Below the pieces are notes generated by a model, which made no database searches, was not told the origin of the DNA, and saw only the letters and a program-made list of their open reading frames with translations. A stretch of 64,000 bases of DNA from Rhynchobatus australiae (lineage: Eukaryota), in NCBI GenBank assembly GCA_034780895.1, contig JAUZTB010000027.1:39428113-39492112 (forward strand), given 5' to 3'. The translations under genes and the position numbers were made by a program. Below are positions 1 to 12,670 of the stretch, piece by piece. The first letter of the stretch is position 1, and each line of letters starts with the position of its first letter.

Positions 1-188
1 AGCTCCAGTGACCTGGGCTCAATCCTGACCTTGGATGCTGTCTGGGTGGAGTTTGCCTGTTCTTCCTGTCACCATGTGAGTTTTCTCCAGGTGCTCCAGT
101 TTTCTTCCATATCCCAAAATATGCAGGTTTCTATATTAATTGGCCATTATAAATTGCCCCTAATGTGTAGGTGAGTGGTAGAATCTGG
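1..188 (+). mobile_element. tRNA-derived V-SINE/HE1-like SINE fragment, cut by the window edge
   Basis: B-box-like gggctcaatcc followed by the V-domain-like core ccaggtgctccagttttcttccata. Homologous to copies at 714, 43420 and 62455. Confidence 0.7.
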
Positions 189-189
189 T

Positions 190-490
190 AAACCTCTTCT
201 GCACTCTCTCCAAAGCTTCTGCATCCTTCCTGCAATGAGGCGATCAGAACCACACACAATACTCCAAATGCTGCGCCACCTAATCTATTATTGCACAGTT
301 GCAACGTGACTTCCTAACTTGTACACTCAGTACCCCAGCCGACGAAGGCAAGCATGCCGTATGCCTCCTTCACCACTCTATCTACTCATGTTGCCACTTT
401 CAGGGAGCTATGGACTTGCACCCTAAGATCCCTCTACACATCAATTACACCTAAGAATCCTGCCATTTACTATGTACTTTCCTCTTGCAG
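190..490 (-). mobile_element. CR1 LINE ORF2 3' fragment
   Basis: Collinear with the CR1 relic at about 21320-21590 (ctcttctgcactctctcc, cagaaccacacacaatactcca, gaaggcaagcatgcc, ccactttcaggga). Confidence 0.75.
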
Positions 491-713
491 AAGAGGGGAT
501 AGATAGGGGAAACAGAGCTAACATTTTCAAACACATCTTCTTCCCCAGATGCTCCCTGACCTATCAAGTGCTCCGTTTTAATTCATTTACCAAGAAACTG
601 AAGGATAATGGCCGAGGGGAGTCCCTCTTCTTCTGAGGATTCTTCTGTAAAACTTCACAGTGGATAGCTCTGCCTCTCGTCGTCGTTTCTCAATTTACCA
701 GCAATATTACTAG

Positions 714-1000
714 AGGGCAGGCACAGTAGTGCAGCGGTTAGTGTAACACTACTGCAGCGCCAGTGACCTGGGTTCAATTCCGGCCACTGTCTGTAAGGAG
801 TTTGTACGTTCTCCCCATGTCTGCGTTGGTTTCCTCCGGGTGCTCCGGTTTCCTCCCACATTCTAAAGGCGTACGGGTTAGGAAGTTGTGGGCGTGCTAC
901 GTTGACGCCGGAAGTGTGGCAACGCTTGCGGGCTGCCCCCAGAAAACTCTACGCAAAGAATGCATTTCACTGTGTGTTTCGATGTACATGTGACTAATAA
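714..1000 (+). mobile_element. V-SINE-like tRNA-derived SINE, near full length, CpG-retaining (relatively young)
   Basis: A-box-like tagtgcagcggttag, B-box gggttcaattcc, V-domain ggtttcctccgggtgctccggtttcctcccaca, tail ending gtgactaataaa. Closely similar copy at 26547-26835. Confidence 0.85.
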
Positions 1001-1589
1001 AAATATATTAATCTTAGAGTCTCTGTAAATGGCTGTTTGTGTCTTGTATACCTTTCCTACATATTTGTTTTTGAGTCAATAAATCTGATCATTAGTTCAG
1101 TACATACAATGATCCAACATTAATGACATTTTCCAGTGCCTGAATTGGCAGCTGACATGATGGACACCCGATGTATTCTTAATTGGCATTTTGTGTTGAT
1201 TCAGGATGACTGAGGCCAATTGCTATGGAAACATAATAGAACAGAGTATAAAAAGCAAGGTTTTGTTCACAGCAGACTGCTAATGGAAATTACTGCATTT
1301 TATATGAGAAAATGGTTGCTGGAAAAAGCCCAAATTCTAACCACTATGGGTTACTGCCTAGTTTCAACTATGCAGACCAAATTTCATCCCACTGTGTCAT
1401 CAAGGGAAGAGGCTCCCCCCCTTGGCATGGCTGTAATCAGGATTAAACCTCCTTCATCCCACTACACAAGTCCAAGCACTGATGTACAAGCCAAATTTCC
1501 TGTTTCACAATAGCATCACTCTCAGGTCACTGAAAGGAATTAAATGTGAATGTATGTACAAAACAATGCAAAAAGTGCACAGAATTTAT

Positions 1590-2430
1590 CGACACGGGAG
1601 TTGCCTGAAGACTCAAGAATTGAGAATGTAACAGCACTACAGGCCAGTCAGTTTAATGTTGGGAGCGGGCAATTTTTTTTAGAAACAAGAATCAGAGTTA
1701 GCAATCAAGTAGACAAGTGCAGATTGATTAGGGAAAGCCAGCCTGGGTTTATTCAAGGTACACATTGTTTAATTAATTTGGGAGAGCTTTTTGATAAGGT
1801 ATCAGATAGAGTCAGTGAGGGAAACGTAATTGGCGCAATGTATGTAGATTTTTTTTAAAAAAAGATGTTTAATAAAGTGCTTCTTTGAAGAAGAATAAAA
1901 GGGGCATTTGCAGAAAATTGGCTCAGTGATAGGAAATACAGTTCAGTGTAACCTTGCATGACACATTTCATTGTACCACAGGTATTAATATGCCCCAAGA
2001 CAGAAATCAGGTAAATATTAATTTCACCTGTAGCACAGGTAGTTCATAAAGCTAAAGTTTATCCCAACACCCATATTATATCGGGGTTGCAGCTTTTCAG
2101 ACTGGAGGATGTGTACAATAGTTTTCCCAGGGATCTGTGGTAGTACTTGTACCACTACTTTTATGAAGAGATCTTATGAGTAGAACATGGACAAATAAAC
2201 ATTTCCAAACTTGTAGAGAAGACAAAACTTGGGAGTGAATTGACCCATGAAGATGACAGTAATAGACTTAGAGGATATTTGGAACAGGCTCATGCACAGC
2301 TGCCAGATTAAGTTTAACAGAGAAATGCAAAGCTTATATTTCATTCAAGAGAGGCAGTACAAACTAAAGGGCAAAATTCTAAAAGCACGGGAACAGTGCA
2401 AAGGGGATAAACTATGGAAATGGCAGAGAA
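1590..2430 (+). mobile_element. Decayed CR1 LINE reverse transcriptase fragments
   Basis: ORF 1550-1858 contains LIRESQPGFIQGTHCLINLGELFDKV...VIGAMYVDF, matching the CR1 RT motif QHGF..GxSCLxNL.EFF...D..YxDF. Downstream fragments carry stops. Confidence 0.75.
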
Positions 2431-3724
2431 GATAAGTCCCAATTACATTAGGCACAGACATACCTGACTCAATGTCACTTAGTTAGCTCCAACCTCAGGG
2501 CAGGACCTTCCGTTGTTGAATTTCAAATGTTTCTTCTTCCAACATCACTGAACCTTATTCTTCTCATTCCAGTTTGCTCGCTTATCCTGAATCGTGAACC
2601 GTCACCACAATGACAGGACAAGAGAGGAGCATATTGACACTTCACTTTCTGAGCCCTTGATTCAAACCCAGGATCAGAGAAATGGAAGCTATAGAATCAT
2701 ATGGATAAATGGACTGTTTACACCCAATCTGTAACATCTTTTTGCTTCCACCTCTGAGAATAAACACAATGGGTTTCGATGTAATGGTAAGCACTCTCTC
2801 CTGTGTTTAGATACAAAAACAAATCCAGCCTCCTGACCATTACCAGCTTTTATATTTTTACAGCAGATTTCCAACACCTGTTTGTCTTTGCTTTTCAAAT
2901 ACAGGACAGCATTTAGTGCCACAAGGGTAACTTCAGGTCACATACAATCAAAATCTAATGAGTGTGTTAACTTGCTTCAGTGGCCCATCCAATTCAATTT
3001 GAAAGCAATGATCTTTGCCCCATTGCCTAAAACAGCGGTTCACACCCTTAGCCCACCCCCCTCCCCCTGTCCCGCTCCAAATGCGCTGCTGTTCTTTTGT
3101 CTAGAGCTTCTCTCATAGCACACAAGAGGTTTTCCGCACCACAGTAAAGGCTGCCTTCTGAATTATCAGACACACTGAACGAACTATCCATTGTTGGTTC
3201 TCACATTATAACTATTTATCTGCCCATCACACCACAACTTAGCATGGAGCCTACTTGGGAAACAAAACCCTGTTAGATAATACAGGCATGTTAAACTCTC
3301 AACCATGAAAGAAGAGCTGATGGATCCCAAGTCATGCCAATATTTAAGTACTTAGACTGTCTCCTTCTACAATATGATATACTTAATGAGTAATATCTCC
3401 TGATGTAGCAACATGAGAAGCTCCATACTATGATCAATGAAGGTAAACAAAAAACTAAACAAGTTACACAGGCCAACATTCAGAATGCACAGAAACTAGA
3501 ATATTGCTGTTACTTTGTTTTACTGAACTTCAAAAATTAATATATGAAGTAATACAACTGACAAACAATTTATTAATATATGATAGATTTTGGGAAAAAC
3601 AAAGCAATATGTGAATATAAAATAGAAGCACAATAAATATAATTGATGCTAATTATCAAGGGTGCTACATTCACAATGACAGGTTGGGTATTCAAACATT
3701 CTTGGAAGAACAGCAACTCTCCAC

Positions 3725-5030
3725 TGCATGTAGTCTAATGTTGCAGCTGCATCAAGTTCATACCTCACTTTTACATACACCTGCGGCTGCTCCCAGCAAG
3801 CTCAAGTGCACTCCTCATTGAGCCAGGGTTGACCCCCAGGTTTGGCAGAGTGACGGATATGCTGGGGGGGGGAATGAGGTTACAGATTGTGGTGGCGTGC
3901 ATTCCTGTTGCTGCTGATGGTTGACAGCACGTCACAATGCCCAGTTTTGAGCAGCCAGATATGCAAGTTTATCCCACTTAGCATTATGGTGCTGCCATAC
4001 GTGTACGTAAATATGAGGTGCTAACCTGGTGAAGGTGCAAAACAAGACCACATGCATGCTAAATAGCTTAAACAGCTTGCTGGTACTTATAGGCAGAGCT
4101 AATCAATCCCACCACCAAGAGATCAAAGCTCTGCAATCCCACCAAATCTAGTCATGAATGATATTGAACATTTAAACAGATAATAGGAAGATGAAAAACA
4201 CGATGATGCTGGAGGAACTCAGCAGGCCAGGCAGCAGCCGTGGAGAAAAGCAGGCGGTCATCATTACGGGTCAAGACCCTTCTTCAGTCCTGGCCTGCTG
4301 AGTTCCTCCAACATCATAGTGTTTTTCATCTAGATTCCAGCATCTGCAGTCCTTTGTTTATCTAGATAATAGGAAGAGGTACCTCTAAGGTTTCCCTGTC
4401 CTCAGTGATGGTGTGGCACTGCAAGTGTAAAAGAAAAAGATGAATCATTCACACCACGTTCAGCCAGAGGTCCTGAGTGGATGATCCATCTCAATTTCCT
4501 CCCAAGATCCCAGTCACAGAAGCCAGTCTTCAGCCAATTTGATTCACCCTGATTGGAGAAATGGCTGAGAGTACCGGATACAGCAAAGATTATGGGACTA
4601 AACAATATCTCAGCTGTACAAATACAATGCTGGTACATACCCGAAATAGAAAATTGTCCAGGTACATCCAATCATCAGAAAAGTACGATGTTTAATTTGG
4701 CTAATTACTGCCCACTCAGTCTACAGTCAATAATTAGCATAACGATGGAATGTGTCATTAGCAGTTTGTATCTGCCAAGTTTGCTCGACTCCAGACCTTA
4801 TCACAACCCTAGTCTGAATATGGATCGAAGAGCTGAATTGTAGGGTGAGGCGAGAGTGATTGTCCTTGACATGAAGGCAACATTGGGCCAAATGCAGCGT
4901 CAGGGAGTAATGGTAAACCTGAAGGCAATGTGCATCAATGAGTAAACATTCCAATGGCTGGAATCAGACTTACACCCAGGAAGATGATTGCAGTTGTGGA
5001 GGTTAATCATCCCAGCTGTTCTACTGGTTA
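3725..5030 (+). mobile_element. CR1-clade LINE ORF2 relic (second family) with an inverted 5' segment (3725-4000) and an internal Penelope-derived insertion
   Basis: ORF 4553-4843 carries NLANYCPLSLQSIISITME (NYRPISL-type RT motif), followed by a LDMKATL-like motif. The 3725-4000 segment encodes PWLNEEC on the minus strand. Confidence 0.7.
4189..4363. mobile_element. Penelope-like element (PLE)-derived mini-insertion with inverted arms and 14-bp TSD
   Basis: 43-bp inverted repeat (4189-4231 vs 4289-4331, 2 mismatches). Flanking direct repeat agataataggaaga at 4178-4191 and 4364-4377. Shares ctgagttcctcca...ttccagcatctgcagtc with the PLE 3' ends at about 7370-7410 and 7700-7780. Confidence 0.8.
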
Positions 5031-6760
5031 GGTTTCTTAGTATTCATAGACATGNNNNNNNNNNNNNNNNNNNNNNNNNNNNNNNNNNNNNNNNNNNNNN
5101 NNNNNNNNNNNNNNNNNNNNNNNNNNNNNNNNNNNNNNNNNNNNNNNNNNNNNNAGACATGATTAATTAAGGCATTTTCTTTTCCTCATCACCTACTCAT
5201 TTCTGACAATGGATTACTGCAGAGTCCAATAATCCCCATTGTGATGAATGCATTGCTATCATCTTCAGCTTGCAAAACAAATGCATTTGCAATAATTTCA
5301 CTGAAACTTGAACAAAAGATTCCTCAAAACACATTTTTACTTAATGCAGTTTCCCCACTTAATAACAACCCTGAGTTTCCTAAAACAAAGTATGCCATTG
5401 CCCTACGCATACAAAAAAAGTATAGTCTGCATTCTGAGACAGATACTTTTCAAACGCCATTACTGTTTAATGTACTGGCAATAATGTGGATAAACTATTA
5501 AGAAATCCCAAACATCTCGCCACTCTCTGATGACACTGCACCATGCCAGGCCCTGGTTAACGTTAAAACATTTACTTTGAATATTTTGAGATGTTGAATG
5601 TGGCACCAAAACAAATGCCAAATTATTCCTCTGCTTATTGCATTGCAACCTGATTACTATCACATTTTATCTCTGTATACAAACTGTTCAATTAGCAAAC
5701 TGAAATTAAAGCACACTTATAGATACACGTAGACATGCAATTTAGAAGCATTAAAAGAAATTATCTATTTAATCTCTTTTATAAACTTTCTTTTATATAT
5801 ACTGATTGCACTAGGGGGAGAATGCCAAAATGTGACAGATGGGAATAGAGACTATGAACAATCTGCAGATTAATACAAATGTTATTAAAAATATATAAAT
5901 TGATACAAGAAATGAAGTTACTGGTTAGTCTTTTGCATTCTTTAATTAAACTTTAGGCCAATTGTATTACCACTGCAAAACAAAGACAGAGGAAGGCGTT
6001 CCTGATGTAATTTTAATGTTATAGTATTTTAATCTGGCATCTACAATAACGTTTTCTTATTTAGTTAGAGAGCTGAAGAGTGCTCATCTCCGGCTCTCTA
6101 CCTGGATTTTTCAGATGCAACAAAGCCACTGTGAGGCACGATTTTCAGTGTTAGCCCCCCAGCTATCTCACAGAAGACACAGGCACTAAAATACTCCAAG
6201 GATTGCATCTGGGGTTCATATAAAACCAAGCAGTCTTTTTCAGGCTATTAGAAGAAACTTCAGAATATTTGCTGTCATCTTATTTACAGCATCCGGCAAA
6301 TGAAAACTTGACTTTAATGCTCTGACAAGTACTTGGCAATGTTCAGGATAGTCTCCCTGATGATCTGATAAGCTTCCTACTGAGAAATGCAGAACAGGAA
6401 GGCTCCAGCTTTGATTACTAGTCTCTGCTGAGTCAGTTTATCTCAGCTGTGAAAACAATGGATATACAACAACCAGCATTTGCTCTCCCAAGCCAGAAAC
6501 CCAAGCCATTCACGGTTTCGACCCGCAATAATAGCCACTGAACCCTCCTGTATGTTATGCGCACACAAGGATTGGTAGTGGGCCAGATTAGGCTGCTGCT
6601 GCCTTTAATCATTTCAGATACACAAGACGTATCATCTGAGCTGACCCAAACAGAAGACACTAGTTCACTCCACTTGACGCTCACATCCACCGCCCCAGTT
6701 CCTGGCACTTCACATATACTGGAGAGTTGTTTAACGTGGGGACATGGAGGAATACTAAAC

Positions 6761-7415
6761 AAACAACACCTTATATTCTACCCGAGTAGTCTACAACACA
6801 ATGGCATGAGCATAGAGTCTTCCAACATTGGGTAACCCTCCCCTCCAATGTATTTTCCCCCTTCCACCCCCACCTTTTTCTTTCTCTTCTTCCGATCCTC
6901 CTCCAGCAACACCCACCCTGCCAATCACACACCTTCAGCCCCTCTTGGTTCCATCCACCCACAACACACAGAGTTCACCCATGGCTTCACCTTACCCCTC
7001 AACCATCCGCCATTGACCTCTCCCCAGTGGTTCCCATCATCACCTCCCTTTTCGTTACTCTTTGTGTTCCAGCTTATCACCCTCCAGCATCGGCCCCCAC
7101 CTTCACCCTGCCCAACTCACTTCCTCATTTGTTGTCTGCCTCCATCCACCTGCCTTTTGTCTCCCAACTCCACCCCTCCCCTACCTGAATTGACCTACCC
7201 ATCATCTTTTGCCCTTCTTCAGTCCACCAATCACCTTGGGCTCCTGTCTCACCATTCCCCTGCTTCTCTTTAAACTGGCCATCTCCCCTCTCAGTCCAAA
7301 TGCAGAGTTTCAACCCAAAATGTTGACAATTCCTATGCGCCCCCTCCACCCACCCCATCCCCACCATACGTAGATGCTGCTCAACCCACTGAGTTACTCC
7401 AGCAGACTTTGTTCT
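6761..7415 (+). mobile_element. Penelope-like retroelement 3' end (GIY-YIG C-terminus, C-rich UTR, terminal repeat)
   Basis: ORF 6557-6835 ends KQHLIFYPSSLQHNGMSIESSNIG, resembling the PLE C-terminal EQHLIFxLGxLQPxGMNIEFSNF. Followed by a pyrimidine/C-rich tract and the agatgctgc...ctgagttactccagca terminal motif. Confidence 0.72.
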
Positions 7416-7419
7416 ATCT

Positions 7420-8580
7420 AATGTGGAATCGGCACACAGTGAGCCACCAGGGATGAGTGGACTGCACTTACTACAGTTGAAAGGGTAGACTGTATTCAGA
7501 TCCCTAGTGGAAGAGGCCACCTGCTAGTTGTGCCTGGATTGGTCTGCGTCTCTGGTTCAGATGAGGACTACAATGGGGTACCCTCGTGATGAGGGTTGAC
7601 TTGTCCGTGCACAGAGATGATTGACACAGGTTGTGAAGTATGCAGCAGACAATGACAAAGCATGAATTCGACCCAAAACATCGACTGTCCATTTCCCTCC
7701 ATAGATGCTGCCTAACCCACTGAGTTCCTCCAACATTCTGTGTGTTGTTCCAGATTTCCAACATCTGCAGTCTCCCACATCTCCTCTCTGAAGAGCATTG
7801 CCAAGACGTGTGAATCCTCTTTGGAGTGACATAGGAAGCGGAATCTCATCTTGGGCACCAGGAAGACCATCACCAATGAGTTCCTGTTGACCCCTTGGCT
7901 GGGATTGTAACTGCATTCTCCAGCATGACCAGTGGCCAAGGATAGGGAATCACTTTCTGTGCCACAGCAGCATCTGCTCATTCAGCATGGCAGCTGAAAT
8001 ACAGAAGACACAGCAGGTTGCCATGGTGTGGGGGAAGTGTCACACAAGCTTCTTGCATGTCAGTGGTCATGCACCGATATTGTGCTTCACAAAGCATTGT
8101 GGGTTCACATCTGGAGCCCACAACAAGCGTAGCAAATCACTCCTTGATACTTGTGGAAGACTGCACTGCTAGCCAATCAGTGTGTGCACCCAAATTAACT
8201 TCTTGTCTAGACTCAAGGAGGAGATGAATTTCCCTCTCAGTGACATTCCCTTTACGTGAAAAGTGGAAAATGTGGAGCACATGAGAGGACAACATCTGGA
8301 TCCATCCAGAACCCTCAAGACTCAATGCAATAGTGACATTCTGTACTACAGGCCAAGCAGTTGTGACCTGGTCTGTTGACAGATTTCTACCACCACTGCC
8401 TTGGGGAAATTTAGACCCAGAGGACATTGCTCTTCAGACATTGGAGGTACAAACATGACCACTTATTAAGACTTTTTGTGTTAGTCCCTCCTATCCCTGG
8501 TGAACCCTTCTGGTGTCTGTCCTTTGGCCCCAATCTTCTGGCTTCTGGTCATCCTCAAGGTCCAGTGGGGTCAGTATTAA
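7420..8580 (-). mobile_element. Heavily decayed LINE relic, probably L1/Tx1-like
   Basis: Higher-GC block with overlapping broken minus-strand ORFs. FRFLCHSKEDSHV resembles the Tx1-type F.FIW.SK.D.V motif. Interrupted by a PLE terminal fragment at 7660-7785. Confidence 0.4.
7660..7785 (+). mobile_element. PLE terminal-repeat fragment
   Basis: gacccaaaacatcgactgtccatttccctccatagatgctgcctaacccactgagttcctccaacattctgtgtgttgttccagatttccaacatctgcagtc is homologous to 7300-7415 and 4289-4363. Confidence 0.75.
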
Positions 8581-9199
8581 AGTTCCTGAAGTATGCAACA
8601 TGAAAAGGGAACCTTGAGCTCACTGTTCAATCACACTTACTCCAAGGTCTTTAATTGACATCTTCAGCCCTTTTGAATGCAACAAGCACTCCTCCAAGAC
8701 CAACCCCAACAAAGATACAAGAAATTGATCATCTTTCCAAATGGAGCAGTGCAGAGCTTCTCCCTGCCTTTCAGAACGGTTTTCCCCATATGTAGCCCAT
8801 ACTGGTGATGATTCAGTGATTTATTTTTGCAGGGGAGGAACCTATCCAGCATTACTTATGGGTCGACATCACCCTAGGGCAGAAATGCAACTTGAAGGAT
8901 TATATTTATATTATATGCTGTGTATGCAGTATGAGGGCCATCAAGTTTAACAATTGATTTGACATGAGAAATTAATTGCATAGCAATCAAAAACAAAATC
9001 ACATATTATGCAACTGAATTTTAACATCATGTAATATCTAAGAGTTAATTTGCTGGTTCTTTTGCTTCAATGTAGAAAGATAATTGTCCACCCTGGGATA
9101 TTGGATATCAAACCCTGTTTTAAGAACAACTGTCTAGGATGGAGAATTCAAAACAAAATATTGGTCCCTCACAAATCAATTAGGAAACAAAACTAAGCA

Positions 9200-9668
9200 G
9201 GCATGTTGTACAACATACTCAAAAGACTGAGTTATAGGGAGAGGTTGGACAGGCTAGGACTTTTTTTTTCCCCTTGGAAGGGAGGAGACCGAGAAGTGAT
9301 CTTATAGAGGTTTTCAAAAATCATGAGGGGCATAGATAGGGTGAATGTACTTGTCTTCTTCCTAGAATTGAGGAATCAAGAACAAGGCGGTAAAGTTTAA
9401 GGCGAGAGGGGAAAGACTTAATAGGAACTTGAGGGGCAACTTTTCTTTTGAAAAACACACAGAGGGTGGGACATATGTGGAATGAGCTGCCAGAAGAAAT
9501 GGTTGAGGCAGGTGCAGTGCAAGTTTTAAATGACAGTTGGACTGGTACATGGATAGGAAAGGTTTAGAAGATATGGGCCAAATGCAGGCAAATGGGACCA
9601 GCTTGCAAGGGCATCTTGGCTGGCATGGACCAGTTGGGCAGAAGGGCCTGTTTCCATGCTCCTCGACA
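9200..9668 (+). mobile_element. CR1 (HER1-like) LINE 3' end
   Basis: Reverse complement of 20895-21310 (gagttatagggagaggttggacaggctaggact, gatcttatagaggt, gtggaatgagctgccaga, gaagggcctgtttccatgct). Confidence 0.85.
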
Positions 9669-11282
9669 CTGATATATTGCTCCCTCGAGCAGCAATTGTA
9701 TTCCTAAAATGATTACCAGTTTGTCTGAACGTTTAGTGAGAGCACTTTCTCTCAAGCAATTCACCAACATTGGCATTCTCTTCAGCACGATTCACTGAGT
9801 AATTCCTATATGGAATTAATATTGCGTTCATTCAATTTTATTCCAAGAAGCATTTTTCTTCAAAATATAATATACTGGACTACCCTTCTTTCCAGATCGA
9901 AGTCTGGTTGAATGCCAAACAAGAAAGGAAATTAAGCCTTTGTTTTCCAGACCCTTTTATTACAGCATTGGCCCTACAAACCCACAAGTCAAAGGTTAAA
10001 AGCAGATTTTCAAATTGGAGGGCAGACCATTTGGAGTGCTGAAGTGTGCCTGTGCCTGGTGCAGTGATGAATGTAGTAAAATTTCAAGGAAGGATCCCAG
10101 TTATTAAAATGAACTCTTTTTATTCAACATTTATAATTATGGGTGAGAATGGAGCAGGGGAGCCTAAAAAAAGAACAAATACCTCTGTCATGCAGCTCAG
10201 CAAAAAAATTTCGAAAGTATATTAAATAGATGTACCAGAAAACCTCAACATTAAAACATTAATAAAGTACACCTTGACTTGAGCAGCTTGGAATCTTCCA
10301 GGAAATGTCCAAAGAGATTCACTCAAAGGCAATATCACCATTTTATTCAAAATCCCCAAAATTGGGAAATTAGTTATTATTACACAGACAACAGCATGGG
10401 ACAATGATTTTTGTCATTAAAACAATTAACAAGAGCTTTCACTTTCTGGACATTAGATAAGTTGNNNNNNNNNNNNNNNNNNNNNNNNNNNNNNNNNNNN
10501 NNNNNNNNNNNNNNNNNNNNNNNNNNNNNNNNNNNNNNNNNNNNNNNNNNNNNNNNNNNNNNNNAAGTTGAATGTTTCCTTCTGTGATATTTTGTGATAC
10601 AAGATGCAAAAATCCAAGATATAATCACCCCAACTTAACTTTCATTCTTGAAACCTCCAAGGCTGAGTAATTCTTTTAAAAAATGGCAGCAGTAAAAAGG
10701 AAACAGAGAATTTTAGCCATAAGTTTACTGTAATAGGTCACTGTGGTTTCCAAATATGTATCGCAGTCAGTTTTAAGATCATAAGTGGGGGAGAAAAATA
10801 CAAAAATTAAACAAACAGGAAGCATTAACTAATATGTATGGAAGGATAGGCCAGTGGCCCTGATTAGAAGAAAGTCTGTTATGTTCTTAATGGCGTGATG
10901 CAAAGCTCCTTACAGTTACCATGATATTTGGTCATTTCTAATCATTCACTAAACCCGACAGCATATTGACGTGCATTCTTTCCTCCTTTTTATCTTCTGC
11001 CAACAGGATTCCATTTATTTTAATGTAAAGAGGATGTATCATTTGAATTCAGCAGTGTAAACAAGACAGCAGAGTGATAGTTTAGTGCCAAAAATCAATA
11101 ATGAAAAACGCAACTCTGAAATTGTTAGGGATGGTCTTACATTGTACCGAAATTGATAATGTATCTGCACAAGATGTATGCTGTTGCTTGGGAAGCCTTA
11201 AATGTGACATTAAAAAGGACAATTCCTGGATAACAAAACCTTTCAATAACTCCATATGCACAAACTTCCCCTATAATTTAAC

Positions 11283-11740
11283 ATAGAATCTAACATGAAA
11301 CAGGGCCAGTCAGCCCATTGCACATAATTAGTCCCTCTCTGCTGATCTTTGCCACAGCCCTGAAACATTCTCTTCTTCATATTNNNNNNNNNNNNNNNNN
11401 NNNNNNNNNNNNNNNNNNNNNNNNNNNNNNNNNNNNNNNNNNNNNNNNNNNNNNNNNNNNNNNNNNNNNNNNNNNNNNNNNNNTTCATATTTATCCATTT
11501 CCATTTTAAAATATCCTACTGAAAATACTTCCAACACCCTTTGAGGCAGTGTATTCTAGATCATCACAAGTAGATGTGTGAAAAAAAATCTTCTCTACTC
11601 CTCTCCACCTCCATTGCCAATTATCTTAAATCCAGTTACCAACCCTCCCATTATGGTTTTGAACACCTCTATCAAATTTCTGCTTAGCTACCTCTGCTCC
11701 AAAATAAATAAGCCCAGTTGATCTAATATTGTCACTGCAA
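11283..11740 (-). mobile_element. CR1 LINE 3' fragment spanning an N-gap
   Basis: Starts with the acatagaatc...gaaacagggcc CR1 tail motif and continues with ttttgaacacctctatcaaat. Confidence 0.6.
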
Positions 11741-12394
11741 TATGAAAATCAATTTTTAAAAATGGATAAAATGGTTTTTAACATTTTGGATGTGACCAGG
11801 ACATTAATGGGAAAGCAGCCCGAATATAAAGTGACCTTTCTCCTACATCTTTCTCCTACAGTTGCTAAACAATCAACTCTAGATAGCCAGCATTTTATTT
11901 CAGAATTGCAGTGCGATTATGTTTTAAATCTTCTGCTGAATTGGTTTTACATTTGTTACCCAAAAAAGCAAGATTTTAATATCCTAAATTTAACATGTTG
12001 TGGAAAAAGATGAAGAATTCTAAATGTATGTGGCTGTACTTGCTTAATCAGAATACAGCTATCTTTCATNNNNNNNNNNNNNNNNNNNNNNNNNNNNNNN
12101 NNNNNNNNNNNNNNNNNNNNNNNNNNNNNNNNNNNNNNNNNNNNNNNNNNNNNNNNNNNNNNNNNNNNNAGAATTTAAAGAGTGTGGGAAAAGGGTCCCC
12201 GTAAGTTTATGAGGAGTCCTAGAAGCTAAACCCAGTGAGTATATAGAGAGCAGGGGAATGGGCCCTGGTGACTTTATCTGGAGTGTGGGAACAGGATTCC
12301 AGTGAGTGTAAAGGGAGCACAGAAAGTATCAGTTGGTGAGAGAGATGCCAAACCATCGGAATTTCTAAACAATTGGATAGCGGATTGTTGGAGT

Positions 12395-12670
12395 TTTACT
12401 GTAGCTGGCATAGTTTCTGAATAAAGATCACACATTTCAGATAGAGGTAAGGATAAATTCCTTCTTTTGTGAAGTTGTGAATCTTCAGAATTGTCCACCG
12501 CAGAGAGTTGTGAAAGGTGGAAACAGTTAACTTTGGAAAATAGGGAATCAAGTATTCTGGGGATCAGGCAGAAAGTGGATTAGAGGCTATCAAACAGACC
12601 ACCCATGATCGTACTCAGTGGCAGAGCAAGCTCACACAGCCATTGACCCTATTTCTTAAATTCTTATTAT
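12395..12670 (+). mobile_element. CR1 LINE 3' fragment
   Basis: gaagttgtgaatcttcagaattgtccaccgcagagagttgtg...cagacccacccatgatcgtactcagtggcagagcaagctc, homologous to 14940-15160. Confidence 0.6.

Noticed and set aside
714-790. tRNA-like A and B boxes
   Set aside because: They are SINE heads continuing into a V-domain; no cloverleaf or anticodon arm is supported.
6061-6110. Minus-strand RR*ALFSSL, resembling FHOD exon 4 (LRRALFSLKQ)
   Set aside because: In-frame stop, no flanking EKLY or KQIFQ residues and no suitable splice sites.
6848-7520. Long Pro/Ser-rich and Gly/Trp-rich ORFs
   Set aside because: Derived from the C-rich Penelope 3' UTR; a low-complexity artefact.
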